Virus record (IMG/VR): IMGVR_UViG_3300029305_002366 | Span: 1-64,000 of that record | Reading direction: 5' to 3' (one strand) | DNA: 64,000 nt | Source: a virus | Lineage: Duplodnaviria; Caudoviricetes | Notes under the pieces: generated by a model | What the model was told of the DNA's origin: nothing | Seen by the model: only the letters and a program-made list of their open reading frames with translations | Database searches by the model: none | Part shown: positions 8,892 through 17,796 of the stretch, one piece after another | How the letters are laid out: the number at the start of each line of letters is the position of its first letter | Numbering within the stretch: the stretch's first letter is position 1 | Position numbers and translations under genes: made by a program

Positions 8892-9637
8892 TGAGTTTAT
8901 TTAATATGTTTAAAAAGAAAGAGTCTACAGAAATTAAATCAGCTAACATACCTGTGGACTTAACTAAAAAGATTAGTCTTGCAAAAGAAGAAGTTACAAA
9001 AGTCTGTTTAACAAAGAAGCCTTTACAGAACCTTATTGCAAACGTAGCTGTTGCTCTTGATTACTCAGGTAGCATGGACGTATTATATTCTAATAAAACA
9101 GTACAGAACACACTTGAAAAACTTTTGCCTATCGCAATGACATTTGATGATAATGAAACTATGGAAGTTTGGCGATTTGACAATGGTTGCAAAAGACTAT
9201 CTAATTTAACAATGAACAATGTCCATAACTATCTGGTAAATGAGAACAGCAATTGCCCTACTGGGGGAACTAATTATGCTCCTGTTATGAAAGACATTGT
9301 TAAAACATATAAGAAAAATAAGATTCCAGCTTACATCATTTTTATTACAGACGGAGACAATTTCGATAAAGAAGAAACAACAAGGATTATTAAAGAATCA
9401 TCTAAATATCCTATCTTCTGGCAGTTTGTAGGTGTAGGCAATGCAAGTTTTAATTTCTTACAGACTCTTGATGATATGGCTGATAGATATGTTGACAATG
9501 CTGATTTCTTCCAAGTAAAAAATATGAATGATATTACCTATGAAAATCTGCTCAACGAGTTTCCAAATTGGCTTGAAAATCCAAAAGTAAAGGATATGCT
9601 ACCGAAAGAACCTGTAGGAGAAATCATCTATATGTAA
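8888..9637 (+). CDS. VWA-domain protein (TerF-like VWA)
   Basis: MIDAS DYSGS, GGTNY, FITDG, PIFWQFVGVG, VDNADFF. Confidence 0.82.
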   Translation: MMSLFNMFKKKESTEIKSANIPVDLTKKISLAKEEVTKVCLTKKPLQNLIANVAVALDYSGSMDVLYSNKTVQNTLEKLLPIAMTFDDNETMEVWRFDNGCKRLSNLTMNNVHNYLVNENSNCPTGGTNYAPVMKDIVKTYKKNKIPAYIIFITDGDNFDKEETTRIIKESSKYPIFWQFVGVGNASFNFLQTLDDMADRYVDNADFFQVKNMNDITYENLLNEFPNWLENPKVKDMLPKEPVGEIIYM

Positions 9638-9738
9638 ACCAAGCAATTTAGTACAAGGAGTTTATTAGATGAGGTTGGATATCTTGTTAGTGGAATCACG
9701 ACAAGAGTAAAACAATTAAGAAGTGTTAACAAAGGAGA

Positions 9739-10056
9739 ATGAACATGAAACCTAATGAAGCATTTTGCAAAATGATGGGTAATCGTAGAGAGCATATGCC
9801 AAGTGGTATCTATATTGAAATTCACAATGCTCCATCTGATGCAAAGTTTCTTGTGTCAGATGAACTTGGCACTAAAATGGGATTTACGCTACATCATAAG
9901 GAAGTCACATTAGAATCTAATGTATCAATATATAGACTAATAGGCTATTCTGCGGAAACAAAATATGTTGCACCAGAGGACGTAATCAAATATGACTATC
10001 GCAATGCAACAGAGGAAGAAATAAAAACAATAAACCATTATGCTTGTTTAACTTGA
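9739..10056 (+). CDS. hypothetical protein
   Basis: AAGGAG RBS. Confidence 0.6.
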   Translation: MNMKPNEAFCKMMGNRREHMPSGIYIEIHNAPSDAKFLVSDELGTKMGFTLHHKEVTLESNVSIYRLIGYSAETKYVAPEDVIKYDYRNATEEEIKTINHYACLT

Positions 10057-10071
10057 AAAGGAGAATAAAAG

Positions 10072-10500
10072 ATGAATATAAAGGTAAAGTATTTTGATAA
10101 AGAAATAGACAAAATTGAACACATGGATAAGGGAGACTGGGTTGACCTTAGAGCCGCAGAGACAGTTGAACTTAAAGCAGGTGAATTTAAACTGATTCCA
10201 CTTGGAGTAGGAATGATATTACCGAATGGCTACGAAGCTAATATTGTTCCGAGGTCAAGTACATTTAAAAACTATGGAATTATTCAAACTAACTGCTTTG
10301 CAGTTATAGATAATAGTTATTCAGGTGACAATGATGAATGGAAATACCCTGTATATGCCACAAGAGATATCACAATAAACAAGAACGACCGTATATGTCA
10401 GTTCCGAATTAATAAAATACAGCCACGATTTAATATAGAAGAAGTTGAACATTTGAACGATACAAGCCGAAATGGATTTGGTAGTACAGGAGTAAAGTAA
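10072..10500 (+). CDS. dut: trimeric dUTPase
   Basis: All five motifs: GDWVDL, PRSS, VIDNSYSG, DRICQ, RNGFGSTG. Confidence 0.93.
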   Translation: MNIKVKYFDKEIDKIEHMDKGDWVDLRAAETVELKAGEFKLIPLGVGMILPNGYEANIVPRSSTFKNYGIIQTNCFAVIDNSYSGDNDEWKYPVYATRDITINKNDRICQFRINKIQPRFNIEEVEHLNDTSRNGFGSTGVK

Positions 10501-11519
10501 TGAGCAACAAGTTTAAGCCTAATGATATGATAGGCAACTGGCTATTATTAAAGGAAGTTGAACGTCCAAAAGAAATGAAAACAAAAGGGGTCTATTGGCA
10601 ATGTCAATGCCAATGTGAAAACAAAACCATATCTGTGATTTTTGAAGGAAGATTATCAAGTGGTAGAACAAAATCCTGCGGTTGTAGTAGAATTAAAGAT
10701 TTAACAAACCAACTGATAGGCAAATTAATTCCTCAATACTATTACAAAAAAGATGGTGAAACTTATTGGCACTGTAACTGTCAGTGTGGAAATACTTGTG
10801 AAGTTCCTGTTAGCAAACTTACAGGAAAGGTAAAAAAATTATCTTGTGGTTGTTTACGTCTTGAAAGAATAAAAGAAAGTTGCCATAAAACAAATTCATT
10901 TCGGTATGAAAACAACATTGCTTATGGCACAATGTCCAATGGAATAGAATTTATAGTCGATGCAGAAGATGTGCCAAAAATACAAAATATTTGTTGGTAT
11001 CTTAACAAACAGGGCTATGTTGTTTCTGGCGATAAAAGACTTAATCGTATAATTACAGGATGCGAAAACGATAAATTCGTAGTAGACCACTGGAATCGAA
11101 ATCCATTGGATAACAGAAAATCAAATCTGAGAATCGTAACACAGCATTGTAATGTTTTAAATTCATCAAAAAGAAACGATAACACATCTGGAATGACAGG
11201 AGTATGGTTCGATAAGAAAAACAATAAATGGTGTGCCGAAATCAAACTAAATGATAAAAAATATTTTATAGGTAGATATGGTTCTAAAATAGAAGCAATT
11301 CAAAAAAGATTTGAATATGAATGTTTATTGTTTGATATCTATTCACCTTATTACCAAAAGAATGATACTTTTATTTGTGAAGCCTGTGGTTATAAACTTA
11401 CACTTTCTCGTAAAACATTAAAGCCAATTAAAACAGAAGTCAAAGAGATTTCCTTTGAGGATTTAAAGAATATAAAGTCTGAGCGTAGTGACGGAGCATT
11501 AGGTTCTTCTCTAAAGTAA
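10500..11519 (+). CDS. HNH-AP2 endonuclease with dUTPase-like C-terminal tail
   Basis: CQCQC/SCGC repeats, VVDHWNRNPLDNRKSNLR, NTSGMTGV; ends SERSDGALGSSLK. Confidence 0.85.
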   Translation: MSNKFKPNDMIGNWLLLKEVERPKEMKTKGVYWQCQCQCENKTISVIFEGRLSSGRTKSCGCSRIKDLTNQLIGKLIPQYYYKKDGETYWHCNCQCGNTCEVPVSKLTGKVKKLSCGCLRLERIKESCHKTNSFRYENNIAYGTMSNGIEFIVDAEDVPKIQNICWYLNKQGYVVSGDKRLNRIITGCENDKFVVDHWNRNPLDNRKSNLRIVTQHCNVLNSSKRNDNTSGMTGVWFDKKNNKWCAEIKLNDKKYFIGRYGSKIEAIQKRFEYECLLFDIYSPYYQKNDTFICEACGYKLTLSRKTLKPIKTEVKEISFEDLKNIKSERSDGALGSSLK

Positions 11520-11540
11520 ATCACTTCTAACGACCCTACA

Positions 11541-11611
11541 ATGCGTTATAAGCCACGTTGTTACAGGTAATATAATTACACTTAAAAGCGTACAGCGTGG
11601 CAAATACGCAT
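11541..11611 (+). repeat. imperfect inverted repeat / stem-loop
   Basis: ATGCGT/ACGCAT and GCCACGTTGT/ACAGCGTGGC arms around GTAAT-ATA-ATTAC. Confidence 0.65.
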
Positions 11612-11653
11612 AAACACGAAGCAATATGCCTATAATTATTATGAGGTGATAGT

Positions 11654-11764
11654 ATGGATAAGAAAGCATGGATGGAAATGATAGCAAAGATTCTTTTAAT
11701 AAGAAACGTAATCACAAAAGAAGAATATAAAAATGTATCTAAAGAGATAAGAGGATTAAGGTAG
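11654..11764 (+). CDS. 36-aa SHOCT-like protein, candidate recombination directionality factor (not in ORF track)
   Basis: GAGGTGA RBS; MDKKAWMEMIAKILLIRNVITKEEYKNVSKEIRGLR; convergent with and 3 bp from the integrase. Confidence 0.6.
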   Translation: MDKKAWMEMIAKILLIRNVITKEEYKNVSKEIRGLR

Positions 11765-11767
11765 TAT

Positions 11768-13516
11768 TTAGTTACTACCCTTTTCTATTGCTATCGAAAT
11801 ATAATATACATATGTTTGTATTGATTTTTCTCTACCTAATACTCTAATAATATTTGTACGTAGTTCTGGTGTCATTTTACAGAAGATGTGTCCAGAACCA
11901 CGTTTGAAATTGTATTTAACATTATCTGTTTTTAAGATAATGTTAATCTCTAACGTCTTATCCTCAATTGCCGTAACCTCAATTCTTTCCAGATACATAC
12001 CAACAATAGAATCAACTTCGTCCTGAGACAATCTTTTATTATCTCTTTTAATATCATCTATCGCCTGTTTAATTTTCACAAGTCTATGTTCAATATCTCT
12101 ACTTGAACTTTGATTATCTTCAAGACTTTGCTGTTTAGTAATGATATCTTCAAGAGAAGATGACAACTTGTCGTTTCGCTTTTTGAAATCTTCTTTATTG
12201 ATATCACCATTCATATATAAATCTAAAAGCATTTCTTTCTTATGCTCTATATTATTTCTTTCAGTAGCCAATCTATCAATAGATTCTTGCGAATTGTTTT
12301 CTTCTATAATCTTCTTACATATCTTTATAAATTCAACAGTATACTCATCTATACTATCAAGTAATCGTGTAAAACAATCGGACAGAATATCATAAATTTC
12401 AGATTCATAAATTGCAAAAGTAGGACAAGTCTTTGCTCCATGTGTTTTCTTTTCACGGCAAATAAACTGATAGATATTATTTCCTTTGTGTAATCTATGG
12501 CTATATGACGTTCTCCAAAATGGAGCATTACAATGCGTACAAAATATTTTACCTGACAATACAGAAGTAGTTTTATTTCCCTTGCATTGATTCTTTACGT
12601 CCTCGCTTCTTTGTTTATATATTTGATTGGCACGATTCCATAAATCTTCATCCACAATAGCAGGTACAATATCTCCTGTTTCATCTTTGTACATTACCCA
12701 TTCTTTTTCTGGCAAAAATATCTGTTCTTTTGTACGATAGTCAGCTATCTTAACTTTATTGCCACAATAATAACCTTTGTACTTTGGGTTCGTAATAATA
12801 CCGCATATGGTTGTATGACTTATTTCCTTACCACTTCTTGACCTATACCCTTTATCGTACAACTGTCTTTGTATTGCACGTATGGCAAACATACCACTTG
12901 CATATTGTTCAAAAATAAATCTCACCATTTCAGCTTCACGCTCATTGATAATAAGTTTGCCATTCAATTTTTCATAACCATATATCCTACTATTACCCAT
13001 AACTGTACCATTTTTAATAGCTTGCTTGTGTCCAAACTTAATACGCTCTGACATTTTACGAACTTCATCTTGTGCGATACTTGCCATTATGGTAAGTCGA
13101 AACTCGGCATCACTATCAACAGTACAAATGTTATCGTTCTGAAAGAATACTCCTATTCCATTCCTGAGTAATTCCCTTGTATATGTTAAACTATCAATTG
13201 TATTACGTGCGAAACGTGATACCTCTTTAGTGAGTATTAAATCAAACTTACCATTCTTGCCATCTTCAATCATTTGCAAGAAAGCCTTACGGTTAGCTGT
13301 CGATTCACCACGCACCCTATCTACATACCCTTTCACATAAGTCCAGTTTGTATGCTCAGATATCATCTTTTCAAAATGCGCTATTTGATGTTCAACAGAA
13401 CTGTCCTGTTCTTCTTTGAGTGTGGATACACGTACATAATAAGTTACTTTGATATTTAAGCCGAAGATTGTTTTATGGTTTGTTTTCATATAGTTTACTG
13501 TGCTATAAATATCCAT
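11768..13516 (-). CDS. large serine recombinase (integrase)
   Basis: YVRVST catalytic Ser, TKEVSRFARN, recombinase domain, CTHC...C...C Zn ribbon, coiled coil. Confidence 0.95.
   Translation of the reverse strand: MDIYSTVNYMKTNHKTIFGLNIKVTYYVRVSTLKEEQDSSVEHQIAHFEKMISEHTNWTYVKGYVDRVRGESTANRKAFLQMIEDGKNGKFDLILTKEVSRFARNTIDSLTYTRELLRNGIGVFFQNDNICTVDSDAEFRLTIMASIAQDEVRKMSERIKFGHKQAIKNGTVMGNSRIYGYEKLNGKLIINEREAEMVRFIFEQYASGMFAIRAIQRQLYDKGYRSRSGKEISHTTICGIITNPKYKGYYCGNKVKIADYRTKEQIFLPEKEWVMYKDETGDIVPAIVDEDLWNRANQIYKQRSEDVKNQCKGNKTTSVLSGKIFCTHCNAPFWRTSYSHRLHKGNNIYQFICREKKTHGAKTCPTFAIYESEIYDILSDCFTRLLDSIDEYTVEFIKICKKIIEENNSQESIDRLATERNNIEHKKEMLLDLYMNGDINKEDFKKRNDKLSSSLEDIITKQQSLEDNQSSSRDIEHRLVKIKQAIDDIKRDNKRLSQDEVDSIVGMYLERIEVTAIEDKTLEINIILKTDNVKYNFKRGSGHIFCKMTPELRTNIIRVLGREKSIQTYVYYISIAIEKGSN
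11858..11903. other. candidate attP inside the integrase 3' end
   Basis: ACGTAGTTCTGGTGTCATTTT-ACAG-AAGATGTGTCCAGAACCACGT: 16 of 21 arm positions complementary around central CA (11880-11881). Confidence 0.55.
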
Positions 13517-13591
13517 AACATCACCTTCCTTTTACTTAATTATATCATATTTATTATAGCGAAATCAAGCAAAACGAAAGTGTAACATAAC

Positions 13592-13633
13592 AAAAAAATA
13601 GGGGATAGCAAGTATTAAACTCACTATCCCCTA
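13592..13633 (-). terminator. rho-independent terminator of the late/lysis operon
   Basis: TAGGGGATAG/CTATCCCCTA stem followed by T7 on the - strand. Confidence 0.85.
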
Positions 13634-13641
13634 AAGAATAA

Positions 13642-13782
13642 TTATATTCCAAAAACTTTATATATAAAGTCTCTTATCTTCTGTTTGAATGTTCTCTTTT
13701 CATTTGGCGATTGAAATAACATTGTTCTTGTTGCTTTCTTTCTCCAATATCTTTTCTTCTTCTCCGTGTACTTTTGTCCCAT
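13642..13782 (-). CDS. 46-aa basic peptide overlapping the upstream gene (not in ORF track)
   Basis: GAGGTGA RBS; MGQKYTEKKKRYWRKKATRTMLFQSPNEKRTFKQKIRDFIYKVFGI. Confidence 0.4.
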   Translation of the reverse strand: MGQKYTEKKKRYWRKKATRTMLFQSPNEKRTFKQKIRDFIYKVFGI

Positions 13783-14062
13783 CTGTTTTCACCTCATCTC
13801 CATTTGGTAACATAACAACATTATGTCCATTACAATCTTGTTCAATTTGTATTTCGGTTTCTTCTACGTATTCAAATTCATTAATAAATCTTTGTGTCCT
13901 TATTACCATACAAGCGGTGACAAAAAGACATAGTATCATCACGGTAAACATGATAACAAATCCGATTGTTAATCCCACTAATACCTTATCAAATCTTTTT
14001 TGCGCTGTTAAGTAATGCTCTTTCCACTTTTGGTTCTCACACGCTTTACAATCGGTAGACAT
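13700..14062 (-). CDS. single-pass membrane protein
   Basis: Long hydrophobic segment VLVGLTIGFVIMFTVMILCLFVTACMVI; last gene of lysis block. Confidence 0.7.
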   Translation of the reverse strand: MSTDCKACENQKWKEHYLTAQKRFDKVLVGLTIGFVIMFTVMILCLFVTACMVIRTQRFINEFEYVEETEIQIEQDCNGHNVVMLPNGDEVKTDGTKVHGEEEKILEKESNKNNVISIAK

Positions 14063-14073
14063 TTGTTATCACC

Positions 14074-14295
14074 TCAATTCAGTATTAATTTCATAATTGC
14101 CGCTATGATTGCTGTACCCACAGCACCTAACTCAGCGGCATTAATCTTAATAAGCATACCTAACTGAGTATTAATTTTGGTTTGAGAAATAGTAAGTTCA
14201 CTTATCTCTCTTGCCGTATCTGCGTGACGGTCATTACAATCATCTTTGCGTACATAGATATTATCAAGCTGTGCGAAATCTTCCTGAGTAAGCAT
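14074..14295 (-). CDS. XhlA/holin-like protein
   Basis: Coiled-coil N-terminus and C-terminal TM helix next to endolysin. Confidence 0.55.
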   Translation of the reverse strand: MLTQEDFAQLDNIYVRKDDCNDRHADTAREISELTISQTKINTQLGMLIKINAAELGAVGTAIIAAIMKLILN

Positions 14296-14298
14296 ATA

Positions 14299-15066
14299 TT
14301 ACACCTGACCTTTCTGTAAAAGCACACCCCAGTCTCCACCAGATAAAATTCCTTCACCAAGATTGTTGTCTTTCTGAAATTTATGAATAGCGTTCATGGT
14401 TTTTTCGTCAGCAGTTCCATTCACATCTACATCATAGCCACGAACCTTTAATAACTCCTGTGTCCATTTAGTAAGTTCACCGCTATCATTAGGTTCAATT
14501 GTATAATCTCTCAGGTCAGTGAGTGTGATATTACCAATTATTCCATCAACATCTAAGTTATAACCCTTGTTATTAAGTATCTTCTGTAATTTGATTTCAA
14601 GTGTATCATCAGTTGTCTCTGAAATCTTATTATTATCTCCATAGAATATTGTACCACGTTGGAATGTAGTATAATTTTCACCTGTCATTTCATTACCAAA
14701 CCAAAAGTCATAAACGAATGGTTCGTGTCCTCTTGTGTCAAGATGAACATATGTGTTATCTATAATACCTATACCTCTGAATCCTAAACGCTCTGCTACC
14801 TCTGCAATATCCCATGAGGAATAAAAACTTCCGTCCTGTTTCTGTACACAAAGGTCAGCCGCCATAGCTTTTCTATGTGCATCATTCTTATATCCCCACG
14901 GATTATTTTCACAGCGATAACCACTACTAATTATAATAGCTTTTGCGTTCATGTAAGCATAAACCTTTTCGAGCATTGTTATAAGTAATGTTGACATAGG
15001 TTTATATCCACCACAACAAGAGCATAAAAATTCTGACGAATCAAAATGTTCAGATAAGTTTCCCAT
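14299..15066 (-). CDS. endolysin, peptidase M15A plus peptidoglycan-binding repeats
   Basis: ISSGYRC, HRKAMAAD, YVHLDTR; LQKIL...VDGIIG PG-binding motifs; start at MGNLSEHF after AAGGAG. Confidence 0.88.
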   Translation of the reverse strand: MGNLSEHFDSSEFLCSCCGGYKPMSTLLITMLEKVYAYMNAKAIIISSGYRCENNPWGYKNDAHRKAMAADLCVQKQDGSFYSSWDIAEVAERLGFRGIGIIDNTYVHLDTRGHEPFVYDFWFGNEMTGENYTTFQRGTIFYGDNNKISETTDDTLEIKLQKILNNKGYNLDVDGIIGNITLTDLRDYTIEPNDSGELTKWTQELLKVRGYDVDVNGTADEKTMNAIHKFQKDNNLGEGILSGGDWGVLLQKGQV

Positions 15067-15067
15067 A

Positions 15068-15262
15068 CTATTCTCCTTTCTCATTGTTCTTTTTAGCGTT
15101 CTGATAACCGAAAAAGAAAGTTAACCCAGTCATACATACAGTGATATAATCCTTTACATCTACCTTACCCATAAGAAAGGCAATAGATAGACATACAGAA
15201 AACATAAGGGTTATCAGACTTTTTACTTCAATTAATTTTGCAAGTCTATCTTTAATTTTCAT
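15068..15262 (-). CDS. holin
   Basis: Two TM helices, FFFG, charged C-terminus; upstream of endolysin. Confidence 0.75.
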   Translation of the reverse strand: MKIKDRLAKLIEVKSLITLMFSVCLSIAFLMGKVDVKDYITVCMTGLTFFFGYQNAKKNNEKGE

Positions 15263-15276
15263 AATACCACCTCGGT

Positions 15277-15310
15277 AAAATATAAAAGAGGGTAGAACAA
15301 ACTACCCTCT
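15277..15310 (-). terminator. probable terminator/hairpin
   Basis: AGAGGGTAG/CTACCCTCT stem with T-rich tail on the - strand. Confidence 0.6.
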
Positions 15311-15335
15311 GTGAATTGATTATTTATAACCGCAT

Positions 15336-16241
15336 TTAAGCAAAATCTCTACGGTTCATATATACGCTAAGTGTGCCAATACCACCGTGACTATATCTAT
15401 AAGTTCCTGCTTTTAAGGGAACAAGAAATGTCTGCCTAAAAGTGCCACTCTTATCATAATGCGCTCTCATTATAGTATGAACGTCACCTTGACTATCAAA
15501 GTCTCTAAGAGTAAAGGTGTGGAGAGCATCAGTATTATTGGTTAGCGTGTAGTCTATAGAATACCAACCATCTCTATCAATCGTAATATCTTGGTTGTCA
15601 TCCGCAGTTTCCACAGTTCTTTCGTGTGACCAAGGATAAAGGTTATAGTTGGTTTCTTGTCCTAAATAGCCTATTAAAGAGTCTGTGAAATCAGTAGGAA
15701 CAGGTGTATGTTTGGCTTTGATGATGTAGTTGACACCTACTGCTTTTACTTCGGTAGTAGAGCCAATTCTTGGTGTGCCGTAGTCGGCACTGTATTGTTC
15801 TGGAAGGGTTGAATGTATTGAATTACCATGTCTTCCGTCTCCTCGCTCCGCAGAGCCTACGGATGAACCATCAAATCCATTAGGAATACTATGTCTATGT
15901 CCTTGTAATCTATCATCAATAAACTCACCAAGAGCAACACCATCGCTATCATAGTGATTATTGCTCTTTCCACTTAAACCTACACCCTTTGTTGTGGCTT
16001 CTCGTAAATCAGGCACATTGAAAGTCGTACTTTCATTACCTTTACCAAATGCTGTTCCGATTACAGCAAATAGTTCTGAATATTCTATTCTACTTACCGC
16101 TTGTCCATTACAGAGCAAATATCCGTTTGGGATAACTGAACCACCGAAAGGACTAATAGTACCTATTGGGGTATCTGCATATAATGTTCCACCTGCGACT
16201 CTCAAAAGAGAGCCATCATTATTTACTATATTTACACTCAT
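15336..16241 (-). CDS. tail fibre protein with tail-collar domain
   Basis: PIGTISPFGG...GYLLCNGQAVSR...LFAVIGT...TTFNVPDLR and VNYIIKA. Confidence 0.85.
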   Translation of the reverse strand: MSVNIVNNDGSLLRVAGGTLYADTPIGTISPFGGSVIPNGYLLCNGQAVSRIEYSELFAVIGTAFGKGNESTTFNVPDLREATTKGVGLSGKSNNHYDSDGVALGEFIDDRLQGHRHSIPNGFDGSSVGSAERGDGRHGNSIHSTLPEQYSADYGTPRIGSTTEVKAVGVNYIIKAKHTPVPTDFTDSLIGYLGQETNYNLYPWSHERTVETADDNQDITIDRDGWYSIDYTLTNNTDALHTFTLRDFDSQGDVHTIMRAHYDKSGTFRQTFLVPLKAGTYRYSHGGIGTLSVYMNRRDFA

Positions 16242-16259
16242 TTCTTAGCCCTCCTTTAA

Positions 16260-17777
16260 TTATACTGTGTATATTCCATATACTGTACCTGTAATATAAG
16301 AATTAGCTGGGAATTGGTCACTACCCCAAATACCTGTAGTTCCATCTGTTTTATACATTCTTGCAGGTGTCCAAAATTGATTTGTAACCGAAGCCATAGC
16401 ACCAAAGCCCATAAGGTCAACTAAAACAGCACCAGTTGCAGCAAAAAATTGCAAATTAGAATAGTTACCTATCGGAGTTATACTTGGTAAATCAGGTATT
16501 AAAGTATGTAATAAATCTCTATTTAAACCCCAATTAAAAGTAGATGAGCCATTATTGTCCTGTATTCTGGCTGAAAAATTTATTTCAGCTATCCCATTTT
16601 TTAAAGTGACTATTATGTGTCCATATCCCCCAATTTCACCGTTATTACTATTAATTATGAAACCATAACCTTCATAAGTTTGAGATTGAATCTTTTTAAA
16701 TTCATCATATACTGCATTACTTGTAACAGCGTGCATATCACCGTCAATAACAGCATCCACTACAACACTTGGGTCGCTCTCATCATCAGTAATATTTACT
16801 TGTCTATAAGTAAGTTTTTTATCAGTTGTTAATGCGTCCCATTCTGCCTGTGTGCCTGTGAATGTTTTCTTTAGATTTTCAACATTATGAAAAACGACAT
16901 TTGCACCTGTGTACCCACCCGAAGCATCAGCTAATCTAAAGTCTATCTTCTTTCCACCAATTTGCATTAAGCTTATAGTGGTATCTTGCTGTCTCCAACT
17001 ACGAGGAAGAATGAAAAAGATATATTTTTGAGTATCATTATAAACAAATTTAGGTATCTTTTCAATCATATTGTTATTATCTTCAATAGCTATAGCTTTA
17101 ACTCCATAACCAAGGTAATCATCGTAAGTGGTCTGTAAAATAATGGAAATAGAATTATTCACATTATTAATTAAAGTCAATAAATATGAATTTATTTCTT
17201 TAGACGTAGAATCTGTGACATCTATAAAATTTCTAATCAGAAAGCCTGCATCTAAACCAGAAGAACCACCTGCTGGATTTCGGCTTATTGTTTTATATGT
17301 CCTACTTACCTCAGTTTCTTCCCACGAATAAACAGGGGTACTTCCTCCATTGCTCACACATTTATAAAAATATCCATTGGTAAATGAAGCAGTAGTTTCA
17401 CCAATATATTGATAAATATTATCAACTTCTTCTTCGCTTGCAACAGGAAGGGATTCTTTTTGAATACTATCTCCTGCACTAATTACCGCTTTCCAAGAGT
17501 AAGTAGGAGAAGGTTTACCATCACTTACGCACTCATAAAAATACCCTTTAGTATATGTTCCTGTTTCACCTACATACTGATAAATATTTCCTAATTCGTC
17601 AGCACTTGCAAGAGGAAGTTCCTCTTTCTGAATACTCTGTCCGTCAAATGTTTTTTCACTCAGTCTTGTTCCGTCTGCAAACCATACATCTTCTGCATAA
17701 GCAACAGGGAATGTACCCAAATGTTCTGCATCGACATAGTTATTAGGTCTTGCTGTATCTGCTAATTTAACTGCCAT
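16260..17777 (-). CDS. tail fibre / receptor-binding protein
   Basis: Two ~55-aa internal repeats, FTGTQAEWDAL motif, position in fibre block. Confidence 0.65.
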   Translation of the reverse strand: MAVKLADTARPNNYVDAEHLGTFPVAYAEDVWFADGTRLSEKTFDGQSIQKEELPLASADELGNIYQYVGETGTYTKGYFYECVSDGKPSPTYSWKAVISAGDSIQKESLPVASEEEVDNIYQYIGETTASFTNGYFYKCVSNGGSTPVYSWEETEVSRTYKTISRNPAGGSSGLDAGFLIRNFIDVTDSTSKEINSYLLTLINNVNNSISIILQTTYDDYLGYGVKAIAIEDNNNMIEKIPKFVYNDTQKYIFFILPRSWRQQDTTISLMQIGGKKIDFRLADASGGYTGANVVFHNVENLKKTFTGTQAEWDALTTDKKLTYRQVNITDDESDPSVVVDAVIDGDMHAVTSNAVYDEFKKIQSQTYEGYGFIINSNNGEIGGYGHIIVTLKNGIAEINFSARIQDNNGSSTFNWGLNRDLLHTLIPDLPSITPIGNYSNLQFFAATGAVLVDLMGFGAMASVTNQFWTPARMYKTDGTTGIWGSDQFPANSYITGTVYGIYTV

Positions 17778-17796
17778 TTATTTCTCACCTCTCTTA

